DNA of 64,000 nt. Origin: Squalus acanthias. Lineage: Eukaryota. The notes under the pieces are model-generated. The model searched no databases and was not told the origin of the DNA. It saw nothing but the letters and a program-made list of their open reading frames with translations. Shown piece after piece: positions 52,638 to 64,000 of this stretch; the first letter of the stretch is position 1, and every line of letters begins with the position of its first letter. Both the position numbers and the translations under genes were made by a program. The stretch is from contig CM059432.1 in the NCBI GenBank assembly GCA_030390025.1, positions 48,362,001 to 48,426,000 of the forward strand, written 5' to 3'.

Positions 52638-53095
52638 CTCTATGCCACCTTGCAACCACGTCTCTGTAATGGCGATCCGATCATACCCATTTGTATCTAT
52701 TTGTGCCGTCAACTCATTGATCTCATTACGAATGCTGCATGCATTCAGATATAGAGTTTTTAAGTTTGTCTTTTTACCATTTTTCCTTGTTTTGGCCTTT
52801 TTTTCCTGTTACACTCTTATTTTTAAACATTCTGTCCCTTCCTGTCACACTCTGGTTGTTATTTCCCCCATCTCTAGCCTGCTCTATTGCTTTCTCATTT
52901 CTCATTGACTTTTTATTTTCCCGCTCACCTGGATCCTCCCCCCCTCTCTACAGCCCTAGTTATTCGATTTGCCAGGACTCTAGCCCCAGCATGGTTCAAG
53001 TGAAGCCCGTCCAAACGGAACAGCTCCCTCTTATCCCAATACTGGTGCCAGTGCCCCACAAATCAAAACCCATTTTTCCCACACCAGTCTTTGAG

Positions 53096-53887
53096 CTACT
53101 CGTTCATTTCTCTGATCTTATTTACCCTATGCAAATTCGCTCGTGGCTCAGGTAGTAATCCAGAGATTATTACCTTTGTGGTTCTGCTTTTTAATTTAGC
53201 CCCTAGCTGCTCATACTTTCTCAGCAGAACCTCTTTCTTTGTCCTACCTATGTTATTGGTACCTACGTGGACCATGACAACTGGATCTTCCCCCTCCCAC
53301 TCCAAGTTTCTCTCCAGCCCAGAAGAGATGTCCTTAACCCTGGCACCGGGCAGGCAACACAGCCTTTGGGACTCACACTCTCGGCTGCAGAGAACAGTAT
53401 CTATCCCCCTCACTATACTGTCCCCAATTACTACAACAGTTCTTTTTGCTCCCCCCACTTGAATGGCTCCCTGTACCACGGTGCTGTGGTCAGTTTGCTC
53501 ATCCTCCCTGCAGTCCCTGGCCTCGTCCACACAGGGAGCAAGAATCTCGTACCTGTTGGACAAGGCCAAGGGCTGAGGCTCCTCCACCATTACCTCCTGG
53601 ATCCCATTACCTGCCTCGCTTGTAGTGACACCCTCCTGTCCCTGACCATGGGCCAAATTGGAAGTAATTATTCTAGTGGGTGTGACTGCCTCCTGGAACA
53701 TAGTGTCCAGGTAACGCTCCCCCTCCCTAATGTGTCGCAGTGTCTGAAGCTCAGACTCCAGCTCATCAACTCTGAGCCGAAGTTCCTCGAGCAGCCAACA
53801 TTGGCTGCAGATGTGGTCGCCCTGGACCTCGATGATGTCCACGAGCTCCCACATGCAACAACAACAACACATTGCCTGGTCTCCCAT
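53096..53887 (-). pseudogene. CR1 ORF1 (Cys-rich finger/leucine zipper + SGNH esterase-like), truncated at 3' end
   Basis: C..C.MW...HIC..C..LEELRLRVDELE, VVIGDSIVRG, CLPGARV and HVGTNN motifs. Confidence 0.85.
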
Positions 53888-54100
53888 CTCAATTAATTAA
53901 TTAGTTTTAAAATTTGGAACATTTATATTTTTTAATCTACACCAAGGCACTTAAATTTAGACGCTCAAGTTTGGAAAAAAAGCGAGAAATAGAGAAATAC
54001 TCACCAACCAATCACTTACCTGCTTTCTGGTGACATCACACTTCGATTACTTTTTACTTCTTTACACTCACCGGTCCTTTGTATCTCAGCGTCTCCCATT

Positions 54101-54445
54101 GCTTTTGAACTCTCCCGGGTTTTGGCGCTCTCGCTCTGCTCCCGCTGCTTTTGAACTCTCCCGGGTTTTGGCGCTCTCGCTCTGCTCCCGCTGCTTTTGA
54201 ACTCTCCCGGGTTTTGGCGCTCTCGCTCTGCTCCCGCTGCTTTTGAACTCTCCCGGGTTTTGGCGCTCTCGCTCTGCTCCCGCTGCTTTTGAACTCTCCC
54301 GGGTTTTGGCGCTCTCGCTCTGCTCCCGCTGCTTTTGAACTCTCCCGGGTTTTGGCGCTCTCACTCTGCTCCCGCTGCTTTTGAACTCTCCCGGGTTTTG
54401 GCGCTCTCGCTCTGCTCCCGCTGCTTTTGAACTCTCCCGAGTTTT
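54101..54445. repeat. 46-bp tandem repeat x7.5 at the CR1 5' end
   Basis: Unit gcttttgaactctcccgggttttggcgctctcgctctgctcccgct, starting at 54101, 54147 ... 54423. Confidence 0.95.
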
Positions 54446-55300
54446 CGTATGCTTTCATTGATTTCTTTATAACATGCCCTTTTTTTTCTTACTATATATT
54501 TTTTCATTTTTTTTCCCTACTCAAAACTAATTTTTTGTTGTATTGGGAACTGAGTCAATTTGATGAAGGTAATCTATAATATGAATGTTGACTTATGAAC
54601 AGACTGTCACCTGTGCAGTAAATACTGAATCAGCAATTAGTGTACCAGGTGGCAGGCTGTTCTATAAGTCATTGACTAAGTTTACATTGTAGCTTCTTGA
54701 GCTTATGATTAGAGACATGGTCCTAGAAATTCGTCTTGGGTGGTGGTGCAAAGCGGGCGGTATCGGATCGGATGCCCATTATACGCTGCGCCTGATATTC
54801 AGTTCCATCGCAGTAAATCGGAGGCCTCGGGCAGGGTGTCCAATCGCAGGGGTGGGTGGGTGAGGCACTTACCTCCTGGATCCAGCAGTCCTTGCCTTAC
54901 TTAGCTGGCAGTTCCCCGAGGCCTGAGAAACCCGACGAGCCACAGTTAAATTTGAAATGGTGGTTAGATCTGAGACACGCCAGCCTCATTATAATATTTA
55001 AATGAGCGACCCACCTCCTGCGAGCGGGTTGGCTCCCCGCCCCTCATCCTGCCTCTTTTAAAACCGAAAATGGGCAGGTTAGAGTTGGGATTCAGTTTTT
55101 TAACACTGTAACCTCCCACCTGACCCCAACTCACCCGTTTTTTGGTGTTAAAATTCCTCCCAGTATCCAACGATAAATAGATCAGACATCAGTCAAACAA
55201 CAGTAGAGGATACATAAGATACTATTAGAACGACAACTGTTCAAATATCAATATATTCATTGTCTATTTACTAACTCAGCTAGTACATAGTCCAGTTTAC

Positions 55301-55486
55301 CTTAAGCTCTGAAATTGTTTCCTGTTTGGATTTTGCCAGTTCTGCTATCTTAGCTTTCTGCTCTTTCACCATGGTTGTCAGCTCCTGAACCAAAGTCCCT
55401 GATTGTTTCTCCTTCTGCTGTGACTGAGCAAGGGCCTGTTTGTAGTTTGCTAGTTCTGCTGTCATATGATCAAAGCCACTCTTTAC
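55301..55486 (-). CDS. LRRCC1: LRRCC1 coding exon VKSGFDHMTAELANYKQAL...KSKQETISELK
   Basis: Acceptor tacAG and donor GTaaac, 186 bp, phase 0/0. Coiled coil with LT.MVKEQK.K.AE motif. Confidence 0.9.
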
Positions 55487-56084
55487 CTGTATTTTTTTTT
55501 TAAAAGAAATATATGATTACAGACGACACATTAAACAGAACAAGCTAGTGTTAATTGTACTTACAGCTATCTCTACAGAGTAGTCAACTCTCTATTGCTA
55601 CTACTTTTCTTGTCCAAAATTATTTACCATTGAAGTCAATGCAGAATTTCCTCCTTAAAGGCTGGCTATTTTGCATTGTATACCACTATATTCTACCTTT
55701 ATGTCATGTTTAGGACCCAAGAATAAAATGTAGCCTGAATACTGAGAATTAAACTCCCGCTGTCTGACATTAAGTTGATAAATTTGGGTATACTTTTGCA
55801 TATTAAATAATTTATAACAGTTACTTGTAATATACACTCAAGATTAAAATTGATCTGCCTTACATATCGCCACAAAGTTTTGGGACAGCAACGCTTTTCA
55901 GTGACAATCTGCAATAAATCCAAACTCCACACGAGCAGAGGGAATTATGCCCATCTACACCTGAATTAGGAATATTTGATCCTAATTCAAAAGGAAAATA
56001 GCATTCCATTTCACAGCACTGAGAACTTAATCTCGAGCAAAAATAATGGCAAATGGTGTGGAAAAGCTATATCCAGAAAATTAT

Positions 56085-56340
56085 TTCAAACTAAATTGAG
56101 AGAGTTGGGCAATAGGACACAGGTTCAAATTAGTAAAAGGAAAAATTAGGATTAATATCAGGAAGTTCTTCACACAGAGTGATGAACACATGGTATGGAC
56201 TTTCAGTAGAAGTGTTGAAGCAAAAACCCTGGAATAATTTAAGAAACAATTGAATGCTGCAATAGGGAGACTGAAGGTACTTACTGGAAGGATAAACTAG
56301 AATGGACCTTAAGGCCTTCCTCATCCATAATGATCTTGTA
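56085..56340 (+). mobile_element. Old CR1 3' fragment
   Basis: ttcttcacacagagtgatgaacacatgg motif. Confidence 0.6.
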
Positions 56341-56719
56341 ATATTTAAAAAAAAAATCACCTTATAGGTTAGGACAGAAAGGCCTGTTCGCGTACCTTTG
56401 CTACAGGTGCGGAGTTTATTTTGTTCAAATACTCAGGATATTATTTACTTTCCAAAAGTAGAGGGGCTGTTTTCCTTAATTGATTTTGTTAGTGATAACA
56501 TTGTTATTTTGCCACAAATAATTTGCTAACGCCAAAGCTACTACAATTTTTTTCCTTTTTGTTTGCTCATTAAGGTTACGGTTCTCAGTTCTTTTTAACT
56601 CTTCTCGCTTGCACTGTCGGGCTCAATAACTCATAGTCACAGGCATGGGTACACAGAATTTATTTCAATGCATTTGGCAGTTTCTTTCTCACCCCAAACT
56701 TTAATTGGCCCTGGAGTTA

Positions 56720-57320
56720 CCTACTTAGTCCCATATCCCTTCCCTTTTACTTTAACCTCTTAATTTTTTCTATTTCAAATATTTATCCACTTCCTTTTTA
56801 AAGATTATAAACTTTGCTTCTACCCCTATTTCCGATATCTGCATAAAAAAATCCAAAAGTTTCCCTTTGTTCTTTTGGTGCTGATCTTAAACTTCTGCCC
56901 TCTAATTACTAACTACCCAACCAGCAGAAATAGTTTTTCTTAATTTACCTCATCAAAAAACCTCATAACTTTGAACACCTCCATCAGTTCTCCCATTAAC
57001 CTTCTATGGAAAAATGCTTCAGTTTCTCTAGTCTCTCCTCATAATTAAAGTGACTTATCCCCGGTATCATTTTAGCTTGTCTCTTCTGTCCCCTTTCCAT
57101 GTCCTTGACCTCCTGCTTACAGTAGGATATTCAAAACTGGGCACTATATTCTAACTGCAACCTAACCAATGATTTATATAGGTTTAGTATTAGCTCTTTG
57201 CTTTTGTACTGTATGCCCCATTAGTAAAATCTAGGATTCTTGTATGTATTTTATTGATCAACTTGTCCTCTCGCTTTTAAAGATTTGTGTATTTGAACCC
57301 ATTAGTCTCTCTGCTCTTCT
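56720..57320 (-). mobile_element. Old CR1 3' fragment
   Basis: Similar to 26900-27360 and 29531-29650. Confidence 0.65.
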
Positions 57321-57656
57321 AGTCGTTTTAATGTATATTAAGTCAGTGCTGTGTGTTGCTGCTGGGTCTGTTGTCAATTCTTTATTAATTTTTAAACTAC
57401 AGCTGAAATAATGTACATTTCATAAGTAAGTGTTATAATGAAGCAGACAAGTTGTCTTTACTGATCCAACTAACAAGTCATAACCAAAAATTCTTTACTT
57501 TTATATGACTTAATTGCTTGAAATGGACTCAAAATTATTTATACATTTTGACCACCTTTAAGTGTTTCAATGGTAAACATTAAATCTTCATTTATTTGAT
57601 TCTTATAGGCTGTAGACATTTTTTTCCCTAAAAATATAATTATGACCTTTAATTAC

Positions 57657-57858
57657 CTCTTTAAATCGATTTGCTTCAATGGTAAGAGCCATCCGAAATT
57701 CATCCTCCAAAATAATATACTGCTGGTTTAATAGATCATTTTTTTCTTGATATCCTTTCAATTGCTGAGCATGTCTCTCTTCTTCTTTTGCTACCTCTCT
57801 GGACAAAGCAGCTTGAAATTCTGGTCCGCTCAAAGTAACTCTGGATTCTATTTCTTTC
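57657..57858 (-). CDS. LRRCC1: LRRCC1 coding exon (first exon in window): KEIESRVTLSGPEFQAALSREVAKEEERHAQQLKGYQEKNDLLNQQYIILEDEFRMALTIEANRFKE
   Basis: Acceptor ttccacAG and donor GTaatt, 202 bp (1+201). The peptide resembles the LRRCC1 coiled-coil region as I recall it (EFQDALAKEIAKEE...QQYMDLENEFRIALT.EA.RF). Confidence 0.9.
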
Positions 57859-58321
57859 CTGTGGAAGAAATGCTTTTGCTTTAATCATTTTACACTGCTG
57901 ATAATGCTACATCTTTCAAATCTACTCCAAACTAAAATAAAGCAAACAATATATGCAGCGTTTCCCAAACAAAACAGGAGTGTGTGCTGAATTATCAGGC
58001 CTATGATTACCTTCCAGCACACAATCCAGCATCATGACATCTGCAAGGAAGAGTGCACTTTCTGTAACGGACTATCGGGTTATTTCCCACAGCAGTGCCG
58101 TTAGGTATGTTCTAGACTTAAAATAAAATCATCTTCATGGCCCAGGGAAGCTGTTATGGGTTATTACACAAGAGTTTTGTAATTTTTATATTAATTGTGT
58201 TTGTATTTGAGAGGACCAGTGACCTCCTCCAGGAGTTGATTTTGAAAGAGTACCTGATAATGCCTCAGGTGGAAGTGTAGGATGGGTACATGGCTGAATG
58301 GTGAGAATACAACAACTCAAA

Positions 58322-59430
58322 GGCCAAAAATTTAATGGAGGAGGCGGGATGGGGGCGGGAGAGCTGGTTTCCGGGTTCCGGTCCCGCTCCCAGCTGCATC
58401 CGCTCTGTAGATGTGATTTTCCCTTGACTGGCCTTGTTAAGCGGTCTTACCGGCCAATTAACAGAAAGCAGGTCTGATGACGTCATTTAATGATGCGTCA
58501 TCAACTGGTTTCCTTAAAGGGACCACGTCCACATGGAGTTTGACAGTTGTTCTGTCAGTGTTTGACAACATTGAGGTGCTGCAAACACTGACAAGCACTG
58601 CACAAAGGTGAACACTTGCACCGAGGCTCTCCAATGACTCCCTCCATATGCTTATGGTGTCAACCTGGCGCATCATGCGGCAGCCAGAGTTTACAGTATC
58701 AAGTGAAGAAAATCTGGCCATGGTGATGCCATCGCTGGCCTCCTGGCCAGCAATTTTGTCAGGGGATGATGCCCTGTGTCCAGTGCAGCATCAGGTGATG
58801 GCGGAGAAGGTTGGTGATGTTGGTGTGCCTGGTGATGTTGGTGTTGGGGCTGATCGTGTAAGGATTCAGAGGACCAAGGTCTGATTGCTTCATTGGCAGC
58901 TGCAGGTGAGATGACAGAAGCGATCTGTCAATGGTGAGAGAGGTTCTCCCAATGAGGTGGCACTGGACATACAGTTGGATCTAAAAACTTGTAAGCTAAA
59001 GAAATCTCTATATGTATTAAAAATGCAGTAACCAACATTTTCTGCGCTCTGAAACTCACCATCTGCAACATGGCATTCTTTACACCACTTCTGCAGCTGT
59101 CAGCTTTACACAAACATCAGAGCAGACTCAAAACACGCCAGGTTGAGCTGGCATGTTCCCTGAACAGCGAATAACCCGTGGGGGAGAAGGTAAAATTAGA
59201 AGTAAGCCTCAAAATTCTCTTAAATTGGCTCTTAACAAGCCATTTAAAGTAGCTGAATTGCATCCCCCGCCTCTTGGTGTCGGGTCAGTTATCCGCTGAC
59301 AGACACGACACCTCGGAGACTCGCGTGGAGGCGGGTTGACAGCGGGTTTCCTACCTGCTGTCAATCTTTGCTATTTTGACAGCGGACCCGCCTCCAAATC
59401 CGCTCCCTCAGCGCTATTAAATTCATGGCC
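58322..59430 (+). mobile_element. Harbinger-like non-autonomous element (1109 bp) with stub of the Myb gene
   Basis: TIRs GGCCAAAAATTTAAT / ATTAAATTCATGGCC, 3-bp TSD AAA. ctccctccatatgcttatgg matches the Myb exon near 62430. Confidence 0.8.
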
Positions 59431-60259
59431 AAAATCAGAATTGAACCAGTTATTTTCTAAATATTACAGTCCAGTTAGGTTTCACTTGTCCTAAACTTTC
59501 TTCCTTTCAATCTTACTTCGGTTATATTTCTTTGTTTTCATTATTTTATTCCTTACTTTCTACCTACCTATAAAGTAATGCCCACAAATGAAAAATCAAA
59601 CTGTCAAAAATGAACAGCATAAATGGAACTAGCTGATTTTTACGAGAAACTGGAGCACTCATATTATAGCTAATATCAGATCAATAATATGTTACTTATT
59701 AGATATACTTATTAGATAAACCTGTCAAGTGCTATTGCTGCAAAAAAAAACACTGAACGCTGTCATCCTTAATGTCCAACATTACTATGTTCTATTACTA
59801 CGTCATTATGGCATGAAGTCATGAATGTAAAGGAGCTTCACAACAACTTGATTATTAAAATGATCTGCTATATGTGAATAATTTAAAGTTGAAAAGTATA
59901 GAGAAATTTTCAAATCAGACTTTTCTGTAAAAGGAGCAAGATCATGGCTCTTGCCATTACATAGGCCTGTGAATTGTATATAAACATTTAAAAATAGCTT
60001 GCTTTAGAAATTAGGCAGTTGATGAACCCCAGCCTTTATCTAGTACTGTAACCATTCAAGATGGTAGCTTATCCAGCTATATAGAGGCACCGGAGAGGGT
60101 GCAAACAAGATTTACAAGGATGATACCAGAAATGCGAGGTTATACCTATCAGGAAAGGGTGAACAGGCTGGGTCTCTTTTCTCTTGAAAAGAGAAGGCTA
60201 AGGAGTGACCTAACAGAGGTCTTTAAAATTATTAAAGGTTTTGATAGAGTAGATACAGA

Positions 60260-62744
60260 GGCCGGGATTTTCCGGGGGGGTCAGCGGGCGGGATTGAGCG
60301 GGTAGGGTGCAAAATTTGATTTTTTTGACAGCGGGTCGGGACCCCGTTGTCAGCCCGCCGCAACGCACCTTTCCCAATGTCGGGTCTGCCAGCACTAAGC
60401 AGACCTGACACACAGTGGCGGGCGACCCAATTAAACTCATTACCATCTGGTTGACAGATCATTAACAGCCACTTTAACTTCATGGCCACTGTAAGAAATC
60501 TTTAAACCCAAAGAAATTGCAAGTTATAACAGGAAAAATTATGCTGCAAAAAGTAGGTATGCCAACTCAGCAGATGAGGGCTGGCTGATGACCTAGAGAG
60601 AATTTTGGTCACATCAGCTAAGCACAGAGGGCTCAGATCATCACAAGGACAGGCCTCCCAGCAGACATACCTAAACTGATAAGGAGGACAGAATGGAGCC
60701 GGGAGGATAAGCAAGAGGTCTTTAGAAACACAACAAGACATTTAGAACAGAGATACGGAAATAGCTGACCTCGGCAAAATAGGAGGGGCGGCTGTTAGAG
60801 GTACCCCTTCCCTTGTAATTGGAAAAAAGGTAATAAAAACAGGCGACCGAGAGAGGAAAACAGGCAGTTAGGGGCGAAGGCTTCTCAGAGGTGGATGCAT
60901 GCTGGTTACGGCCTAACACCTTGGTCAAGTTTAGCCTCTGAGGTGGATCAATGCTGGCTGACGGCCTAGCACCTCCAACAGCTCGAGGGATGACCCACGG
61001 AAGTGGCTGCTGCCGCAGACTGCAGGAATCCACCCAATCCGGGACCACCGTACTGCCTCAATGCCCGTCCATCCGTCCGGTCGTTTCGTTCCGTTCCAGG
61101 GTCGTAGGTCGCTCTCATCTGTCACGGGTTGTATGTCTACTGTATCTATTTCAATCGCATGTAGTATCTGATTATGCTTAAACTGTAGCTCTTTAATAAA
61201 ACGCCTTACAACTCCTAAGACCCTTTGGGTAATCTGTGTGTGACCTGTGATCCAAATCTTACACCACGGGAACCACACTGTTCAAGGACCACGGCTGTCA
61301 ACCTGAGGCGGGAGTTAAATGGCTATTGCTCCAGCTGATTAATTGACAGCTTTAAATGTACAGTAAAACTCCCACCTGACAGATCATCACTTTCCTCAGC
61401 CACAAGCTATTTCTCAGTCCATTTCCAGCACAGATTCTGCAGGTTTTCCACTTTCCACTCTCCATCTCACCTCATTGGAAGAACTCTCTCACCACTGACA
61501 GAATGCTTCTGTTATCTCTACTTCACCTGCCATCTATTCCATCAACATGGGTGCCCTTTATACTGACCTTGGTCCTCAGAATCCGACCACGGTCAGCCCC
61601 AACACCAGCAGCACCAGGCACACCAGCAGCACCAACAACACTACCAACCTTCTCCGCAATCAACTGATGCTGCACAGGACAGAGAGCATCAGCACATTGC
61701 TGCCCGGGAGACCAGGGATGGCCTCACCATGGCCAGATTTACTTCACTTGACACTGTACACCCTGGCTGCCACATGATGCGCCAGGTTGGCACCACCTCA
61801 CACCAACACCATAAAGCATCCCTACAATGTCCAAGCCATTCCTTTCACACTCACCACCATTGTGGGGGGTACATTATGTCTCACCATTCACTGCAACTCA
61901 CTAAGCCACTTCCAAAGGTGCACACAAATCTGTCCAAGAACAGAAAGTGTTGAAAATAAAGGTTTCAATGCTTGATAGCACATTAACAGAAACGTTACAT
62001 GAACATTGAATAAAACACCCAAGTGGCTACCCTTGTGTGTGTTTATTGGTATGATTGCACTCGGGTGAGTGTGAGGGGTGGCTAGTGAGATGGGGATGTG
62101 ATAATGTAGATAGAGAGAGAGGGATGGGTGGAGATGCAAGGTAAGTTGGTGTGAGTAAGGATGTGCAGGAGTAGGGTAGGGAAGGTAGAGTGATGGGGAT
62201 GTGATGAGAGGCACAGCAGGATGAAGAGTGTGGCTTTGTACTAACGTTTTGTGATTTAATGAGATAATTGAAAGGTTTGCACCACTGCACCCAGGTCCTC
62301 CTGACAACATCCCTGCTTGTGACCTCCTCTGCAATGTGCAACCAGGCTGTTTTGGTCTCCTGGGGAGGTGTCTTCTGCCTATTGGAAGGGAAGAGGACCT
62401 CCCTGCGTGCTCTGACTCCCTCCATAAGCATATGGAGGGATTCATGAGAACCTGGGTGCAGCCCTGCACCTCTGTGCAGTGCTTCAACGCTGTAGAGCAC
62501 TGACAGCACAAATGTTAAAAGAAAGTTTGCCATGGTCCCTTTAAGGAAACCGGCTGATGACACGTCATGAATGACGTCACCAGACCCGCTTCCTCTAATT
62601 GGACCGGGAAACGCGCTGGGTGGGCTTAACAAGCCCTATCAACATAAAATCATTTTCCAGAGCGGGATAGAGCCAGCAGCGGGGTCGGGACCCGCCACCG
62701 ACATCACCTGCCCCAGACCCGCCGAGGTAAGGAAAATCTCGAGC
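60260..62744 (-). mobile_element. Harbinger-like element with Myb/SANT exon 1 (~62246-62490, minus) and a nested solo LTR
   Basis: Ends GGCCGGGATTTTCC / GGAAAATCTCGAGC. Peptide SLHMLMEGVRARREVLFP...AWLHIAEEV...RTWVQW is homologous to the 27648 ORF. Confidence 0.8.
60490..61263 (+). mobile_element. Solo LTR (774 bp), ERV- or Gypsy-like
   Basis: TGTAAGA...TCTTACA termini, exact 4-bp TSD CCAC, AATAAA at 61195-61200. Confidence 0.85.
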
Positions 62745-63439
62745 ATTTTGATCGAGTGGATACAGAGAGAATGTTTCCACTTGTGAGGAAGAACAAAACT
62801 GGAGGCCATCAATATAAGATAGTCACCAAGAAATCAAATAGGGAATTCAGAACAAACTTCTTTACCCAGAGTGGTGAGAACATGGTTGAAGCGAATAGTA
62901 TAGATGCATTTAAGGGGAGGCTGGACAAGCATGTGGGAGAAGGGAATAAAGGGTTATGCCGATAGTTAGATGAGGAAAGACGGAAGGAGGCTCAAGTGGA
63001 GCATAAACGCCGGCATGGACTGATTGGGCCGAATGGCCCGTTTCTGTATTGTATATCCTATATAATTCATTCTCTCAGCAAAGCCATTTACAGTGTTATA
63101 AAGAAACGACACTGGAAACACTGAACATAGACACATTTACTATTGTGTGGCTACTTTGTCTTCACTAGTGTACATACATTACACAGATCATAAAAAAACG
63201 GATGATGTAGGAGGTCTGAAGCAAAAACAAAAAATGCAACAGCTTACCAGTTTCAAAAAGACATGCCAATAACCTGGCTGCAAACCACCCCCCCCCCTCT
63301 CCCCTCCTGACAAATGTATTCTGACAAAGGATCTATACCCAAAATATCAACCTGTCTTCACTCACCACAGATCCATCCTACCATTACCCCTTGCTGTAAA
63401 GAAAGTGAGGGATATAGCTAAGGTCTGAAGTTACTGAAG

Positions 63440-64000
63440 GTACAGCAAGCAATAAGGAAGGCAAATAACATGTTGGCCTTTATTGCAAGAGTAAGGAAGT
63501 CTTGCTACAATTGTACAGGGCCTTGGTGAGACCACACCTGGAGTACTGTGCAGTTTTGGTCTCATTATCTAATGAAGGATATACTTGCCTTGGAGCAACA
63601 AAGGTTCACTAGATTGATTCCTGGGATGAGAGGGCTGTCCTATGATGAGAGATTGTGTAGAATGGGCCTATACTCTCTGGAGTTTAGAAGAATGAGAGGT
63701 GAACTCATTGAAACATACAAGATTCTGAAGGGGATTGACAGGGTAGATGCTGAGAGGCTGTTTCCCCTGGCTGGAGTGTCTAGAACTAGGGGGCATAGTC
63801 TCAGGATAAGGGGTAGGCCATTTAAGACTGAGATGAGGAAGAATTTCTTCACTCAGAGGGTTGTGAATCTTTGGAATTCTCTGCCCCAGAGGGCTGTGAA
63901 TGCTGTCTTTGAATATATTCAAACCTGAGATAGATAAATTTTTGGACTCTGGGGAATCAAGGGATATGGAGATCGGGCGGGAAAGTGGAGTTAAGGTCGA
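63440..64000 (+). mobile_element. CR1 3' fragment running off the window end
   Basis: RFTRLIPGMRGLSYDERL and FFTQRVVNLWNSLP motifs. Confidence 0.9.

Larger units (their letters stand above)
49465..54450 (-). mobile_element. Near full-length CR1 LINE: 5' UTR with tandem array, ORF1, disrupted ORF2, 3' tail
   Basis: ORF1 at 53096-53887, ORF2 fragments at 49832-52760 with APE and RT motifs, (aagaacat) tail. Confidence 0.92.
60085..63066 (+). mobile_element. CR1 family B 3' fragment (60085-60259 + 62745-63066) split by a Harbinger-like element
   Basis: RFTRMIPEMRGYTYQER...DTERMFPLV peptide matches the copy at 2863-3225. Confidence 0.88.

Noticed and set aside
54054..54458. Repetitive ORFs / CRISPR-like look of the 46-bp array
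   Set aside because: Units are head-to-tail with no unique spacers and no cas genes. The ORFs are by-products of the tandem repeat.
63240..63300. Possible further LRRCC1 exon at the minus-strand donor GTAAGC (~63247)
   Set aside because: Upstream sequence gives no coiled-coil, LRRCC1-like peptide or convincing acceptor. The next exon probably lies beyond the window.
63322..63370. Hammerhead-ribozyme-like ctgacaaaggatctatacccaaaa (also ~54560)
   Set aside because: Both conserved core boxes (CTGAnGA, GAAA) are mutated, so at most a dead Penelope relic.
602..63922. Numerous short ORFs in the track
   Set aside because: Most are antisense or off-frame readings of TEs, or chance ORFs with non-ATG starts.
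1226..64000. Strand bias of intronic LINEs
   Set aside because: CR1 fragments occur in roughly equal numbers on both strands, and the sample is too small.

Overview
Eukaryotic vertebrate DNA, most likely a shark or other cartilaginous fish (inferred from HE1-like V-SINEs, DeuSINEs and dense CR1/L2 LINEs). The window holds the last 8 coding exons of LRRCC1 on the minus strand (57858 down to the stop at 653). I checked the GT-AG junctions and phases by hand, and they join into 443 C-terminal residues plus stop. Exons are about 2% of the window, and the introns are a layered deposit of transposons. Main findings: (1) an apparently intact 2512-bp pogo/Tigger element with TA TSD, 26-bp TIRs and an uninterrupted 585-aa DD32D transposase; (2) a family of Harbinger-like elements that carry a spliced Myb/SANT gene behind a CCAAT+CRE promoter but lack a transposase core; (3) a 774-bp solo LTR with a 4-bp TSD, nested in a Harbinger-like element nested in a CR1; (4) an RTE fragment with a ~130-170-bp flanking duplication; (5) a near full-length CR1 with a 46-bp 5' tandem array; (6) Penelope-like hairpins, hAT MITEs and LF-SINE-like relics. 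Family names come from remembered motifs, not database searches. No prokaryotic systems, CRISPR arrays, rRNA or true tRNA genes were seen.
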